Of a DNA stretch of 64,000 nt, positions 29,431-40,487 are shown in pieces. The translations under genes and the position numbers were made by a program. Source of the stretch: Gammaproteobacteria bacterium. GTDB lineage: Bacteria > Pseudomonadota > Gammaproteobacteria > UBA4575. Positions within the stretch are counted from its first letter, which is position 1. Every line of letters starts with the position of its first letter. The stretch spans positions 1,120,001 through 1,184,000 of the forward strand of contig CBDEUS010000001.1 of NCBI GenBank assembly GCA_965243395.1, in the 5' to 3' direction. Below the pieces are notes generated by a model that was not told where the DNA came from, searched no databases, and worked only from the letters and a program-made list of their open reading frames with translations.

Positions 29431-31788
29431 CTATGCCTGTTTAAAACGATTATCGATTTTACTTAATTCGAAGATAGCGGTTTCTTGAGATTTTATAATT
29501 AATTCATCAGCGGTTTTTGGTTTGCTGATAAAATAACCTTGCCCATAATCACAGTTTAAATCTTTAAGGATATTAAGCTGTTCTATAGTTTCAATTCCTT
29601 CTGCAACTATTTTTTTATTCAATGCCTTGCCCATGGAAATAATGGCTTTTACGATGGCACGCGATTCTTCATCGTTAGTTAAATCTCTAATGAACAGTTG
29701 ATCAATTTTGAGAGTTTGTGCTGGTAGTTTTTTAAGATAACTCAGCGAAGAATAACCCTTCCCAAAATCATCAATGGCAATTTCGATGCCGAGCTTATTA
29801 ATTTCTTTAAAAATAGAATAAGTACGGGGATCATCTTCTAGAAAAAGACTCTCGGTTAACTCAAATTCAACATTGGTTGTATGAATATCAAAATCATTTA
29901 GCCGAGACTCTATGTCATGAATAAAATTTTCATGACGTAACTGACGTGCAGATATGTTTATAGAAACTTTGGGTAAAGCTTTATAATCTTGCTGCCATAA
30001 TTCACATTGTCGAATCGTTTCTTTTATGACCCAATAACCCAACTCCACGATGTAACCATTATCCTCGGCATAAGCAATAAATTTATCTGGTCGAATTGGT
30101 CCTTTTTTACCATGATTCCATCGCAATAAAACTTCTGCCCCCGATATTTCTCCAGTTATTAGGTCCAGTTGAGGTTGAAAAACAGGAAACAATTCATTTC
30201 GTTCTATGGCATGGCGAAGATCGGCTTCTAATTCTGCCTTTTCCCAAACATCATCTTGCATTGAGTCCGCAAAGTTTACCAGGCGTTTGCGTCCCTGCTG
30301 TTTGGCTTTATACATTGCAATATCGGCCTTTTGAATTAATTCCTCAAAAGTGCGCCCATCTTTTGGAAATTCTGCAATACCTATGCTTGCGCCAATAAAA
30401 TGCTCGTAATTTTCAATATAAAAAGCAGCAGATAAATCCTGAATGATTTTCTCAGCTGCGCCATTTACACGCTGATGTTCTCCATAAATAGGCATAATAA
30501 CTACAAACTCATCACCGCCAAATCGAGAAAGAAAGTCATATCCGCTTACACAGTTTTTAATTCTATGGGATACCTCAACGAGCAACTTATCCCCAGTTGC
30601 GTGACCCTGTGTATCATTGATGACTTTGAAACGATCTAAATCGATAAATAGAAATGCAAATTTATCGTTCTCATTTTCTGACTTTTTAATAATAGCGTTT
30701 ATATAATCGTTCAGATGCTGTCGATTAGGCAATTTGGTTAAATCATCATAGTTGGCTTGATAGTGAAGCTTCCCTTGACGTTTTTTCAATTCATCTGACA
30801 TTACATTGAACGAATCACCTAGCGCCTGAAATTCATCATCACTATGGAATTGAACCTTTTCATCAAAGTTGTTGCTTGCTATTTTTTTAGTAACTTCTTT
30901 AAGCTTTTCAAGAGGTACGAGAATCCTTGAGATTTGATGCAAGGTTATCCAAGTTACGAGCAATATTGCTAAAATTAAGGATGGTAAAAGTATCTTTGCA
31001 AATGCATTTGAAGGGGCAAATAGCTTATTCAAGGGTTGAGCATAATAGATACTCCAACTTTCTGTTAGATACTTGCCATTGAGATATAAGTCCCATGATG
31101 CGACAGAATATCCATTTCTTTCATCATGAAAGGTAAAGATTGAGCTTGAACCACTATCGGATACTTCAAAATAATTTTTCGAATGTGAATAGAATTCTTT
31201 GCTAGAGCAGTTTAACGCGCCTAAATTCTGAATCACGATACAGGCATCTTCATAACCTGAAAAAATTTCATCTTCCCCAAATAAATAATCTTTATCAATT
31301 TTTGCACTGATCATATACGTTGAGCTTAATCCAGTTATCATTCGCGCCAAATTAACATCTAAATTATTTTCACTATCACGAGTAATAATAATTTTAGTGT
31401 TCCCCGAATTCATATGATTTACATCAGATAAACTCAAATTTGATGGGATTGGGCTGATTGATACAGAATTAATTGTGCTATTTTCCGTATAAATTTTTAA
31501 CGATTCATTATTTAAATCAAGAAGGCCTTGTGAATTTTTATCTTGCGTTTTAAATTGAATAAATCTTTTTAACTGATCTTCTGCAATTAATAGTCGATCA
31601 AATATGGCCATGCCATAGTTTTTTCCGGACGTTGCTAAATACTCATGAGTCTGCTTTTGTAAATGAGTGCTGACATAGTTATAGGAAAGAAACCCAACAA
31701 CGAAAACTGGAATGATGGAGGCAATGACAAATAATATAAATAATCGTCGTGCAACCCGACTGGTTAGGAAATTTAATGTGACTTGCAT
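29431..31788 (-). CDS. Membrane HAMP-GGDEF-EAL c-di-GMP enzyme
   Basis: Two TM segments, HAMP, SRFGGDEF, EVLLRW, DDFGKGYSS, AEGIE, QGYF. Confidence 0.93.
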   Translation of the reverse strand: MQVTLNFLTSRVARRLFILFVIASIIPVFVVGFLSYNYVSTHLQKQTHEYLATSGKNYGMAIFDRLLIAEDQLKRFIQFKTQDKNSQGLLDLNNESLKIYTENSTINSVSISPIPSNLSLSDVNHMNSGNTKIIITRDSENNLDVNLARMITGLSSTYMISAKIDKDYLFGEDEIFSGYEDACIVIQNLGALNCSSKEFYSHSKNYFEVSDSGSSSIFTFHDERNGYSVASWDLYLNGKYLTESWSIYYAQPLNKLFAPSNAFAKILLPSLILAILLVTWITLHQISRILVPLEKLKEVTKKIASNNFDEKVQFHSDDEFQALGDSFNVMSDELKKRQGKLHYQANYDDLTKLPNRQHLNDYINAIIKKSENENDKFAFLFIDLDRFKVINDTQGHATGDKLLVEVSHRIKNCVSGYDFLSRFGGDEFVVIMPIYGEHQRVNGAAEKIIQDLSAAFYIENYEHFIGASIGIAEFPKDGRTFEELIQKADIAMYKAKQQGRKRLVNFADSMQDDVWEKAELEADLRHAIERNELFPVFQPQLDLITGEISGAEVLLRWNHGKKGPIRPDKFIAYAEDNGYIVELGYWVIKETIRQCELWQQDYKALPKVSINISARQLRHENFIHDIESRLNDFDIHTTNVEFELTESLFLEDDPRTYSIFKEINKLGIEIAIDDFGKGYSSLSYLKKLPAQTLKIDQLFIRDLTNDEESRAIVKAIISMGKALNKKIVAEGIETIEQLNILKDLNCDYGQGYFISKPKTADELIIKSQETAIFELSKIDNRFKQA

Positions 31789-31795
31789 GACTTAC

Positions 31796-32284
31796 TTAAA
31801 AGTCTTCTGCAAAACCAATGAAGGAGCCGTCTCTTCCCCGTATGATATCGTCTTGTGATTTTTTTGTGATGATTTGTAGATTTGTTTCTCCATCTTCACC
31901 CTTACTGTATAAATCATAGTCTGAGTTTAATGGATTTAAATTTTTATCTTTACGTCTAAAGCCCGGAGGGTTCGTCGAATAGTTTAAATATTGATAGGGA
32001 TTTCCCCATGGATCCACCAAACTATCCATACCAATATCTGCGAGCGAATTAGGCAGCGCCTGATTATCCAAAAAATAGTCATCTAGCACTACTTCTATCA
32101 TGGCAATATCTTGGACTGCTTGTTGTGATTCTGCACGTTTACCATAATCTTGGTAGGCAGGTACGGCCACCATACTGATCACACCTATTACTGCTAAAGC
32201 AATCATTAACTCAAGAATAGTGACCCCCCAGATTTTGTATCGTCGGGCAGTACAATCCGAATTGAAATATAATTTCTTTTCCAT
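31796..32284 (-). CDS. Type IV pilin / GspG-like prepilin
   Basis: G|VTILELMIAL...VPAY, DPWGNPYQY, DLYSKGEDG, DDIIRGRDGSFIG. Confidence 0.85.
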   Translation of the reverse strand: MEKKLYFNSDCTARRYKIWGVTILELMIALAVIGVISMVAVPAYQDYGKRAESQQAVQDIAMIEVVLDDYFLDNQALPNSLADIGMDSLVDPWGNPYQYLNYSTNPPGFRRKDKNLNPLNSDYDLYSKGEDGETNLQIITKKSQDDIIRGRDGSFIGFAEDF

Positions 32285-32539
32285 AAAGAAATGTTCTTGT
32301 GTCTTCCGTGTATTATTAAAAAGTTTATATTTGAATACTTTAGCTTACTTTATCTGCCTATTTGCTTAGAAATTGAGTAGACACACAATATTAATGTAAT
32401 GGTAGGTTTACAAATAGACGAATGGTCTGAATTTCAGCATAAATGGCATTGTGTAAATTCATTTATAACTATCAATTTTTTATATGTAAAAATAAAACGA
32501 GATGCATATAACAAAATAACGGAGATATCAGAAAATTTA

Positions 32540-32650
32540 TCCGGAGATATTGATTCGTTTCATCCATGACATTCAATTCTCACTTGCGTCGCTAACGCAG
32601 CGCCCTAATTTACTGTCCTGCAAATTTGTCGAGTATGGGTTTTCATCCAT
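32540..32650 (-). repeat. tRNA-linked structured repeat, copy A (downstream of tRNA-Arg ACG)
   Basis: GGATGAAAAC...TCGACAAATTTGCAGGAC...; similar to the copy at 33056-33163. Confidence 0.55.
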
Positions 32651-32664
32651 ACCTTGGACAACAT

Positions 32665-32696
32665 AAAAAAGGTCTACTTTTTGAGTAGACCTTTTT
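32665..32696 (-). terminator. Intrinsic terminator of tRNA-Arg(ACG)
   Basis: AAAAAA-GGTCTACT-loop-AGTAGACC-TTTTT (bidirectional form). Confidence 0.85.
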
Positions 32697-32753
32697 GATT
32701 ATTAAGCATCGCTTCGCGATTATTAATTTGCGACTAATACCCAGTCGCATGTG

Positions 32754-32830
32754 TGGCGCGCCCGGAGAGATTCGAACTCCCGACCGCTCGGTTCGTAGCC
32801 GAGTACTCTATCCAGCTGAGCTACGGGCGC
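32754..32830 (-). tRNA. tRNA-Arg(ACG)
   Basis: 77-nt cloverleaf, anticodon arm CTCGG-CT-ACG-AA-CCGAG, CCA end; TATAAT plus GC-rich discriminator upstream. Confidence 0.97.
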
Positions 32831-32914
32831 ATAATTTGAAGCCGGCGATTATAACGAATAACCCGATTAGAATTACATATATTAATAGGTATTCGATATA
32901 CTCTCGTTCAAATC

Positions 32915-33005
<91 letters not shown>

Positions 33006-33044
33006 AAAAAGGAAAGGTCTTTTATTAAAAGACCTTTCCTTTTT
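33006..33044 (+). terminator. Intrinsic terminator of tRNA-Ser
   Basis: AAAAAGGAAAGGTCTTTT-ATT-AAAAGACCTTTCCTTTTT. Confidence 0.9.
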
Positions 33045-33055
33045 ATTAACAGGGT

Positions 33056-33163
33056 TGGGTGAGAACACTCGAAGGTTCGACAAAATTGCTTGGAGCAATT
33101 TTGAACATCGCCACAGGCGATGGCCCGAAGGGCAAAATACAGGGAAGTATTTTTGTAATCCCG
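33056..33163 (+). repeat. tRNA-linked structured repeat, copy B (downstream of tRNA-Ser)
   Basis: GGGTGAGAAC...GGTTCGA, four hairpins, then AATCCC. Confidence 0.6.
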
Positions 33164-33177
33164 AATAGATTACTTAA

Positions 33178-33393
33178 ATGAATACTCTTACACCTTTGCA
33201 AACTTTCCTGCTGGGAATTCTACAATTAGCAGTGGGTATAGGAATTTTATTTTTACCCTTGCATATTCATGTCATCGGGTGGGTATTAATTTTATTTGGG
33301 TCAATGACCATTTTCATTGCCATTTACTTATGGTTTAACGTCATACTTAACCGTGCAGCAACAAGATCTTCCGAAAAAAATCAGAATAATTGA
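33178..33393 (+). CDS. Small two-TM membrane protein
   Basis: 71 aa, two hydrophobic helices, polar tail. Confidence 0.55.
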   Translation: MNTLTPLQTFLLGILQLAVGIGILFLPLHIHVIGWVLILFGSMTIFIAIYLWFNVILNRAATRSSEKNQNN

Positions 33394-33484
33394 AACATCT
33401 ACAATGAATTTAAAGAAGTATTTAAATCAGAGATTAAACAGTTTGTATAAAGAGTGTTAAAAACTAACTATCGCAAATCAACAA

Positions 33485-33676
33485 TTAACCAGTTGACTCA
33501 TTCACATTAGTTTTTTCACGCTTTATGCGCTCATAGATTTCTTCACGATGCACTGCAACATCGCGTGGAGCATTTACTCCAATACGCACCTGATTACCCT
33601 TAACTCCTAACACTGTGACGGTTACATCATCACCAATCATCAGTGTTTCACCAACTCTCCTGGTCAAAATCAGCAT
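33485..33676 (-). CDS. csrA: Carbon storage regulator
   Basis: [16 protein letters not shown]...VRIGVNAP...VHREEIY. Confidence 0.98.
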   Translation of the reverse strand: MLILTRRVGETLMIGDDVTVTVLGVKGNQVRIGVNAPRDVAVHREEIYERIKREKTNVNESTG

Positions 33677-33807
33677 TCCCGATCTCCTAGATAGTCCGTT
33701 TTTATTTTTATTTAGTTCACCAATGAAACTATCAACATTTACAGTTGATGATTTCTCCTATGGTTTCTCTCCTTACTAAAGCTGTTTTGTTATTATTAAC
33801 GTTGGCC

Positions 33808-35043
33808 CTATCCTTCCTCCATCGCTTGGCTTAGATCAAATGCCTCATGCAAAGTTCTAACTCCAAGTTCGAGATATTTCTCCTCAATCACCACTGAAAT
33901 CTTGATTTCAGAGGTCGAAATCATGAGGATATTTATCTTCTCATTGGCCAGAGCTTCGAACATTCTACTCGCAATTCCGGCGTGTGACCTCATTCCTACG
34001 CCAACAATTGACAATTTAACGATGTTTGGATCCCCTCCTACCTTGCCACCACCAAGCTTTTTAGCAGTATTTTCAAGTATTTTCAGTGCTTTATCATAGT
34101 CATTTCTATGAACGGTAAAAGTGAAATCAGTGGTGTCATTACTGCCTATATTTTGCACAATCATGTCAACTTCGATGTTTTCCGACGAAATTGGACCCAA
34201 AATATGCGCCGCCACGCCTGGCTGGTCAGGCACTTCTTTTATGGTCAATTGAGCCTCATCGCTATTAAATGCGATGCCTGAGATCAATGGATCTTCCATG
34301 CTGTCATCCTCATAGGTTATTAAAGTACCCGGACCTTCTTCAAAAGATGAAAGTACTCTTAGTGGTACATCATACTTACCTGCAAACTCAACCGCACGAA
34401 TTTGCAAAACCTTTGAACCTAAGCTAGCCATTTCTAGCATTTCTTCAAATGTAATTCTGTTTAATCTACGCGCATTTGGTTCAACACGTGGATCAGTTGT
34501 GTAAACACCATCGACATCTGTGTAGATTTGACATTCATCCGCTTTAACAGCTGCCGCTAATGCCACTGCAGTTGTATCTGATCCGCCGCGTCCGAGAGTT
34601 GTAATGTTGCCTTCGTCATCTACGCCTTGAAATCCTGCAACAACCACGACATTGCCATCATCTAATAATTTTTTAAGACGTTTCGCATCAATGTCCTGAA
34701 TACGGGCTTTATTGAACTTATTATCCGTACGAATATTCAGTTGCCCACCTGTGCAAGATACTGCATCATAATTCCTTTTTTGCAATGCCATCGAAAGTAA
34801 TGCAATGGTTACCTGTTCACCCGTTGATACTAATACATCTAACTCACGGCCAGAGGGGGTTTTTGTTTCCTGTACTTGTTCAGCCAAACCTATTAATCGG
34901 TTAGTTTCTCCGCTCATAGCCGATACCACTACTACAACTTGGTTTCCTTGTTTTTTTGTAGCAATTACTTTTTCAGCTACTGCTTCGATACGTTCAACCG
35001 TCCCGACTGATGTACCGCCAAATTTTTGTACAATTAGCGCCAT
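33808..35043 (-). CDS. lysC: Aspartate kinase
   Basis: VQKFGGTSV, TLGRGGSDTTAVA, two ACT domains. Confidence 0.97.
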   Translation of the reverse strand: MALIVQKFGGTSVGTVERIEAVAEKVIATKKQGNQVVVVVSAMSGETNRLIGLAEQVQETKTPSGRELDVLVSTGEQVTIALLSMALQKRNYDAVSCTGGQLNIRTDNKFNKARIQDIDAKRLKKLLDDGNVVVVAGFQGVDDEGNITTLGRGGSDTTAVALAAAVKADECQIYTDVDGVYTTDPRVEPNARRLNRITFEEMLEMASLGSKVLQIRAVEFAGKYDVPLRVLSSFEEGPGTLITYEDDSMEDPLISGIAFNSDEAQLTIKEVPDQPGVAAHILGPISSENIEVDMIVQNIGSNDTTDFTFTVHRNDYDKALKILENTAKKLGGGKVGGDPNIVKLSIVGVGMRSHAGIASRMFEALANEKINILMISTSEIKISVVIEEKYLELGVRTLHEAFDLSQAMEEG

Positions 35044-35137
35044 GCCTGATAGCTATCCCTGATAGTTTTGTTGCCTTTAGAGTTTTTATTAAAAAAATGA
35101 GCCGTGATTCTAATGATCAGGCCATAGTATTACTAGA

Positions 35138-37744
35138 CTAAAGATTGGCTCGAATCCAATCTGGCACTGACTTGAGAGCTGAATCAAGTTTTGCAGGATC
35201 ATTACCTCCAGCTTGCGCCATATCAGGGCGCCCACCTCCCTTACCGCCTACTTGTACCGCAACCGCATTAACCAAATCACCCGCTTTAATGCGGTTTGTT
35301 TGATCCTTGGTTACACCGGCTATTAAACTGACTTTACTACCATTACTCGTACCCAACACAATTGCAGCACTGCCAAGCTTACTTTTAAGTTGATCCAGGG
35401 TATCGCGTAATGACTTTGGATCCGCTCCTTCGATCTTTTGTGCGAGCACTTTAATACCTTCAATTTCAACGGCAGCACCTGCAAGATCACTTCCGGCTTG
35501 TGATGCCAGTTTAGTCTTCAATTGATCAAGTTCTTTTTCTAATGTGCGGTTTCGTTCAACTAGCTGAACAACTTTATCTTTAGCTTCGGACTTAGAGGAT
35601 TTAACGGCATCGGCGATATCTGCTAAACGATGTTCATTTTCTTTAATCCACTGTAAAGCACCTTCACCCGTTACTGCTTCGATTCGGCGAATACCTGAAG
35701 CAATTCCTGATTCAGAAATAATTTTAAAGATTCCAATGTCTCCAGCACGTTTTACATGAGTACCACCACAAAGCTCTACAGAAAAATCTCCAATTGAAAG
35801 TACACGAACCTCATCTCCATACTTTTCGCCAAATAATGCCATCGCACCTGCTTCCAATGCTTTATCTTTAGACATAATGCTTGCGGAAGCTTCAGTATTA
35901 AATCGAATTTGTTGATTCACAATATCTTCAATCTGTTGTAATTCTTTTTCACTAATGGAAGCATCATGTGAAAAATCAAAACGCAAACGATCAGGCGCTA
36001 CAAGAGAACCTTTTTGTTGTACATGTGTGCCCAAAACTTGACGAAGCGCCGCATGCATTAAGTGTGTTGCAGAATGATTCAGTACCGTGGCTTGACGATG
36101 TGCAATATCAGCTTGTGCATTTACCTTATCCCCAACCTTTAAAGTACCAGTCGCTAGTTTGCCAATATGCGCATGTGCGTTGCCTTGTTTTTGAGTATCG
36201 TTCACTTCAAATTTAGAATTTTCATTCGTGATAAAACCAATGTCGCCTACCTGGCCACCGGACTCAGCATAAAATGGAGTTTGATTGAGAATCACTAGTC
36301 CTGATTCATCTTGGTTAATTTCTTTTACACTTTTATTATCTACAAAAATTTCTTCAACGACTGCACTATCCTGAATATGTTCATAGCCCGTAAACTCGGA
36401 ACTTGTTTTAACTTCTATAGAAGCATCGTAATCAACATCAAATCGACTTGCCTGACGCCCACGCTCGCGCTGAGCTTCCATTTGTTTATCAAAGCCCGCT
36501 TGATCAATTTTTAAATTTTGTTCGCGAGCAACATCCGCAGTTAAATCTGCCGGGAACCCATAAGTGTCATATAACTTAAATACTGTTTCACCCGAAATTG
36601 TGTCGCCTTTCAAACCTTTAATATCATCTTGTAAAATTCGCATGCCTTGATGCAGGGTTTCATTAAAGCGTTGTTCTTCATTTTCTAAAACTTTTTCAAT
36701 ACGAGATTGAGCATCAATTAACTCAGCATAGGCTGAACCCATGTTATCCACTAAGGGTTGTACTAACTTATAGAAAAATGGCTCGGTGATACCTATCTTA
36801 TTGCCATGACGTGCAGCGCGACGAATGATGCGTCGCAATACATAACCCCGACCTTCATTTGATGGAATAACACCATCCATAACCAAAAAACTACATGAGC
36901 GTATATGGTCTGCTATTACGCGTAACGATGCTAATGAAGCATTCTTATCTTTCGCAATTTCTGCAGCGGTTTGAATTATCCCCGTAAATAAATCCGTATC
37001 ATAATTATTACTAACTCCTTGCATGATCGCTGCAAGACGCTCCAACCCCATACCTGTATCTACAGATGGCTTTGGTAATGGATTTAAATTATTTTGTTTA
37101 TCACGCTCATATTGCATGAAAACAAGATTCCAGATTTCGACGTAACGATCTCCATCTTCTTCCGGTGTACCGGGAGGGCCGCCTTGAACTTTGTCGCCAT
37201 GATCATAAAATATTTCTGTGCATGGACCGCATGGACCAGTATCTCCCATGGCCCAAAAGTTATCTTTCGCGCCAATGCGAGCAAGCTTGTTTGAATCTAC
37301 TTTTATTTCATTTAACCAAATATCAGCCGCTTCATCGTCTTCTTCAAAAACCGTGACCCATAACTTTTCTTCTGGCAAACCTACAACCTTGGTGAGAAAC
37401 TCCCAGGCATAATGAATCGCTTCTTTTTTAAAATAGTCTCCGAAACTAAAATTTCCCAGCATTTCGAAAAAAGTATGGTGCCTTGCAGTGTAACCAACAT
37501 TTTCTAGATCATTATGTTTGCCTCCCGCACGTACACAACGCTGGCTCGATACTGCACGTGAATAATTCGTAGCTTCCTTACCCAGAAAAACATCTTTGAA
37601 TTGCACCATGCCCGCATTGGTAAATAACAATGTAGGGTCATTTCCGGGCACCAGCGGGCTGGAAGGCACAACCTCATGGCCATGCTCTTTGAAGTAATTC
37701 AAAAATGCACTGCGAAGTTCTGAACTAAGTTCCATATTAGTCAC
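35138..37744 (-). CDS. alaS: Alanine--tRNA ligase
   Basis: [42 protein letters not shown]. Confidence 0.98.
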   Translation of the reverse strand: MTNMELSSELRSAFLNYFKEHGHEVVPSSPLVPGNDPTLLFTNAGMVQFKDVFLGKEATNYSRAVSSQRCVRAGGKHNDLENVGYTARHHTFFEMLGNFSFGDYFKKEAIHYAWEFLTKVVGLPEEKLWVTVFEEDDEAADIWLNEIKVDSNKLARIGAKDNFWAMGDTGPCGPCTEIFYDHGDKVQGGPPGTPEEDGDRYVEIWNLVFMQYERDKQNNLNPLPKPSVDTGMGLERLAAIMQGVSNNYDTDLFTGIIQTAAEIAKDKNASLASLRVIADHIRSCSFLVMDGVIPSNEGRGYVLRRIIRRAARHGNKIGITEPFFYKLVQPLVDNMGSAYAELIDAQSRIEKVLENEEQRFNETLHQGMRILQDDIKGLKGDTISGETVFKLYDTYGFPADLTADVAREQNLKIDQAGFDKQMEAQRERGRQASRFDVDYDASIEVKTSSEFTGYEHIQDSAVVEEIFVDNKSVKEINQDESGLVILNQTPFYAESGGQVGDIGFITNENSKFEVNDTQKQGNAHAHIGKLATGTLKVGDKVNAQADIAHRQATVLNHSATHLMHAALRQVLGTHVQQKGSLVAPDRLRFDFSHDASISEKELQQIEDIVNQQIRFNTEASASIMSKDKALEAGAMALFGEKYGDEVRVLSIGDFSVELCGGTHVKRAGDIGIFKIISESGIASGIRRIEAVTGEGALQWIKENEHRLADIADAVKSSKSEAKDKVVQLVERNRTLEKELDQLKTKLASQAGSDLAGAAVEIEGIKVLAQKIEGADPKSLRDTLDQLKSKLGSAAIVLGTSNGSKVSLIAGVTKDQTNRIKAGDLVNAVAVQVGGKGGGRPDMAQAGGNDPAKLDSALKSVPDWIRANL

Positions 37745-37792
37745 AACAGACGCTTCCTTTAGCGCCGTAGATAAAGTTTATGATCTGAAGGT

Positions 37793-38296
37793 TTACCCAA
37801 AATGGGCAAATGTTTTTTGGATTATATCACCAGTAAAGCCACGCGACTGAAGGAAACGCATACGTTTCGCCCGTTCATTGGCTGATTCTAATGCTTTTGC
37901 AGCAAACTTTTTTTCATAAGCTTGATAAGCCGTGTCTAACCAGATTTCATCGTTGAACTCGACAAAATCATCAACGAGCTCAGATGAAACTCCCCGTTGC
38001 TGAAGTTCCTGCTTAATTTTTAACGGACCATAACCACGATTGCGACGCATGTTTACATAACTTTCCGCATAGCGTTCATCACTTTGCAATCCTTCTTGGA
38101 TGAGCGTTTCCAATAACTCTTCAATTTCGATATCGGAAAAATCTTTCGCTTTAAGTTTTTGTGAAAGTTCCAGGCGTGTATGTTCACGCCTGGCTAAGAT
38201 ATCAAGAGCGGTATTACGTACAGAACGCTGCGACTTGTCAGAATTAGGCTTCAGTCGCTTCTTCCTTTTCCTGGCCTTCGAGTTCGGCTTCAGCAT
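37793..38296 (-). CDS. recX: Regulatory protein RecX
   Basis: [23 protein letters not shown]. Overlaps the recA end; start uncertain. Confidence 0.9.
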   Translation of the reverse strand: MLKPNSKARKRKKRLKPNSDKSQRSVRNTALDILARREHTRLELSQKLKAKDFSDIEIEELLETLIQEGLQSDERYAESYVNMRRNRGYGPLKIKQELQQRGVSSELVDDFVEFNDEIWLDTAYQAYEKKFAAKALESANERAKRMRFLQSRGFTGDIIQKTFAHFG

Positions 38297-39305
38297 CCTG
38301 ATTTATATCTTCGTCACTCGGTAACAACTGCGCACGCAATTTTTCTTCAATTTCTTGCGCCATTTCAGGATTCTCTTTTAGATAAGCACGTGCGTTTTCC
38401 TTGCCTTGGCCGATACGTTCGCCATCATAGCTGTACCATGAGCCTGCCTTGTCTACCAAGTTATGTTCCACGCCCATATCGATTATTTCTCCCAAGCGTG
38501 AAATTCCCTCGCCATATAAAATTTCGAATTCTGCTTTTTTAAATGGCGGTGCAAGTTTATTTTTAACAACTTTAACACGCGTTTCATTTCCTAAAATTTC
38601 ATCGCCTTTCTTAATCGAGCCGATACGACGAATATCTAAACGCACCGAAGAATAAAACTTTAATGCATTACCACCGGTTGTAGTCTCCGGACTACCAAAC
38701 ATTACACCAATCTTCATACGAATTTGATTAATGAAAATCACCATCGTATTGGAGCGTTTAATATTGCCTGTAAGCTTCCGAAGCGCTTGTGACATTAATC
38801 GTGCTTGCAAGCCCATGTGCGAGTCACCCATGTCACCTTCAATTTCTGCTCGCGGCGTAAGTGCAGCAACCGAATCCACCACCACAATGTCCACCGCACC
38901 TGAACGGACCAACATATCTGTAATCTCCAGTGCTTGTTCACCAGTATCTGGTTGTGAAACCAGGAGATCATCGACATTAACGCCAATTTTTTCTGCATAG
39001 ACGGGGTCCAATGCATGTTCTGCATCTACAAAGGCTGCGGTTCCACCCTGTTTTTGACACTCTGCAATGGCTTGTAATGTAAGTGTCGTTTTACCTGAAG
39101 ATTCTGGACCGTAAATTTCAATTACACGACCTTTTGGCAAACCGCCTACACCAAGTGCAATATCCAAGGCAAGCGAACCTGTTGAAACTACTTCAATATC
39201 GCGAGCCGCAGTAGAATCGCCCAAACGCATTACTGCACCTTTGCCAAATTGTCTTTCTATTTGACCCAACGCGGCCACTAGTGCTTTTTTACGATTTTCG
39301 TCCAC
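38244..39305 (-). CDS. recA: Recombinase A
   Basis: [23 protein letters not shown]. Confidence 0.99.
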   Translation of the reverse strand: MDENRKKALVAALGQIERQFGKGAVMRLGDSTAARDIEVVSTGSLALDIALGVGGLPKGRVIEIYGPESSGKTTLTLQAIAECQKQGGTAAFVDAEHALDPVYAEKIGVNVDDLLVSQPDTGEQALEITDMLVRSGAVDIVVVDSVAALTPRAEIEGDMGDSHMGLQARLMSQALRKLTGNIKRSNTMVIFINQIRMKIGVMFGSPETTTGGNALKFYSSVRLDIRRIGSIKKGDEILGNETRVKVVKNKLAPPFKKAEFEILYGEGISRLGEIIDMGVEHNLVDKAGSWYSYDGERIGQGKENARAYLKENPEMAQEIEEKLRAQLLPSDEDINQDAEAELEGQEKEEATEA

Positions 39306-39388
39306 TGCTCACCTCTATAGTTATGAAAAGTTATTCTTACTTAATAATAGTGGCACATTCGAAGTGTTAAGAACACTTAGTAATTAAA

Positions 39389-39919
39389 TTAATCCTCTTC
39401 TAAAAACGAATGTGTCTTTAGCACATTATATCGAGTTGAATTTTCATGCGGAACTGACTCTAGTAAATGAAATTCTGTAGCGCGCCAAGTAATCGTAAAA
39501 GGTTTTTGTGGAAACTCTGCTTTGGGAACTTTTTTAAATAAAGTAATGTGAGGTTTATAAATACGATCATCAATTTTTGCACCACAACTTTCTGCTATAG
39601 ATTTTAGATGGTTAACCAACCTAATTAATTCTCTAGGATAAGAAGAACAGCCAAGCCACAATGTTTGAGAAGACTTAAAATATCCATATAAATCGAAACG
39701 CATCGAAAACGACTGAACAAATGTTTGCAACATCTTTTGTTCCAGACACTTACGTTCATTTGCTTCCAAATAACCTAAAAATTGCAAAGTAATATGCAGA
39801 TTATCTTTAGGTACAGGTCGCACACCTTTTATTATTGGAAAGGTTCTTGAATGCTCGATCAAATGTTGATGAGTATCCTCATCTGGCAACAATCCAAAAA
39901 ACAGTCGCTTTTTAGCCAT
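39389..39919 (-). CDS. thpR: RNA 2',3'-cyclic phosphodiesterase
   Basis: RLFFG and two HxT motifs (LHITL, PHITL). Confidence 0.9.
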   Translation of the reverse strand: MAKKRLFFGLLPDEDTHQHLIEHSRTFPIIKGVRPVPKDNLHITLQFLGYLEANERKCLEQKMLQTFVQSFSMRFDLYGYFKSSQTLWLGCSSYPRELIRLVNHLKSIAESCGAKIDDRIYKPHITLFKKVPKAEFPQKPFTITWRATEFHLLESVPHENSTRYNVLKTHSFLEED

Positions 39920-40394
39920 TCAGCCTCTCCAGTAAAAGCTTGATAGCTGCTTGAGCACTTTGTTCGCGTATCGATTGTCGATCCCCATGAAAATGATGTA
40001 ACACTGCTTGGACAGAATAATCCTTCTTTGATGTACCTATATATACAGTTCCTACTGGTTTTTCAGCCGTACCGCCACTAGGGCCGGCTACTCCTGTAAT
40101 CGAAGCACTCAAATCAGCATTGCTATGAGTCAGAACTCCCAAGGCCATTTGCTTGGCAACTTCTGCACTCACCGCACCATATTTATTAAGTACATTAGCT
40201 TCTACGTCTAACATTTTAATTTTAGAAGCATTACTATAAGTCACAAACCCGCATTCAAACCATTTTGAACTGCCGCTCAAGGCCGTGAATTGCTGTGCCA
40301 ATAATCCTCCGGTGCAAGACTCAGCTACTGCTACAGTTGAATTATTCGCGATCAATTGATTAGCCAACTGTTCGATTTGATCCTTATACGACAC
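39912..40394 (-). CDS. pncC: Nicotinamide mononucleotide deamidase (CinA C-terminal family)
   Basis: AESCTGG, GSS, GAVS, TGVAGP. Confidence 0.93.
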   Translation of the reverse strand: MSYKDQIEQLANQLIANNSTVAVAESCTGGLLAQQFTALSGSSKWFECGFVTYSNASKIKMLDVEANVLNKYGAVSAEVAKQMALGVLTHSNADLSASITGVAGPSGGTAEKPVGTVYIGTSKKDYSVQAVLHHFHGDRQSIREQSAQAAIKLLLERLNG

Positions 40395-40487
40395 CTATCG
40401 CGACTCCCCTTCCACTACATTAATTATTCTAATTATTTGGATACTAATTGAGCTGCCTAAAAAAGCGAACTTCGCTAGACTGCGATT

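Noticed and set aside
2041-32753. Active integrative element or prophage
   Set aside because: No integrase, transposase, phage or conjugation genes; both tRNAs are full length rather than att fragments.
38244-38296. 53-nt recA/recX overlap with repeated LKPNS
   Set aside because: Short recA-recX overlaps are common, and the repeat reflects the acidic RecA tail read in another frame.
40463-40481. GAAC-N7-GACT / AGCGAA-C-TTCGCT between pncC and mutS as a LexA box
   Set aside because: Two mismatches in the second half-site; could be chance.
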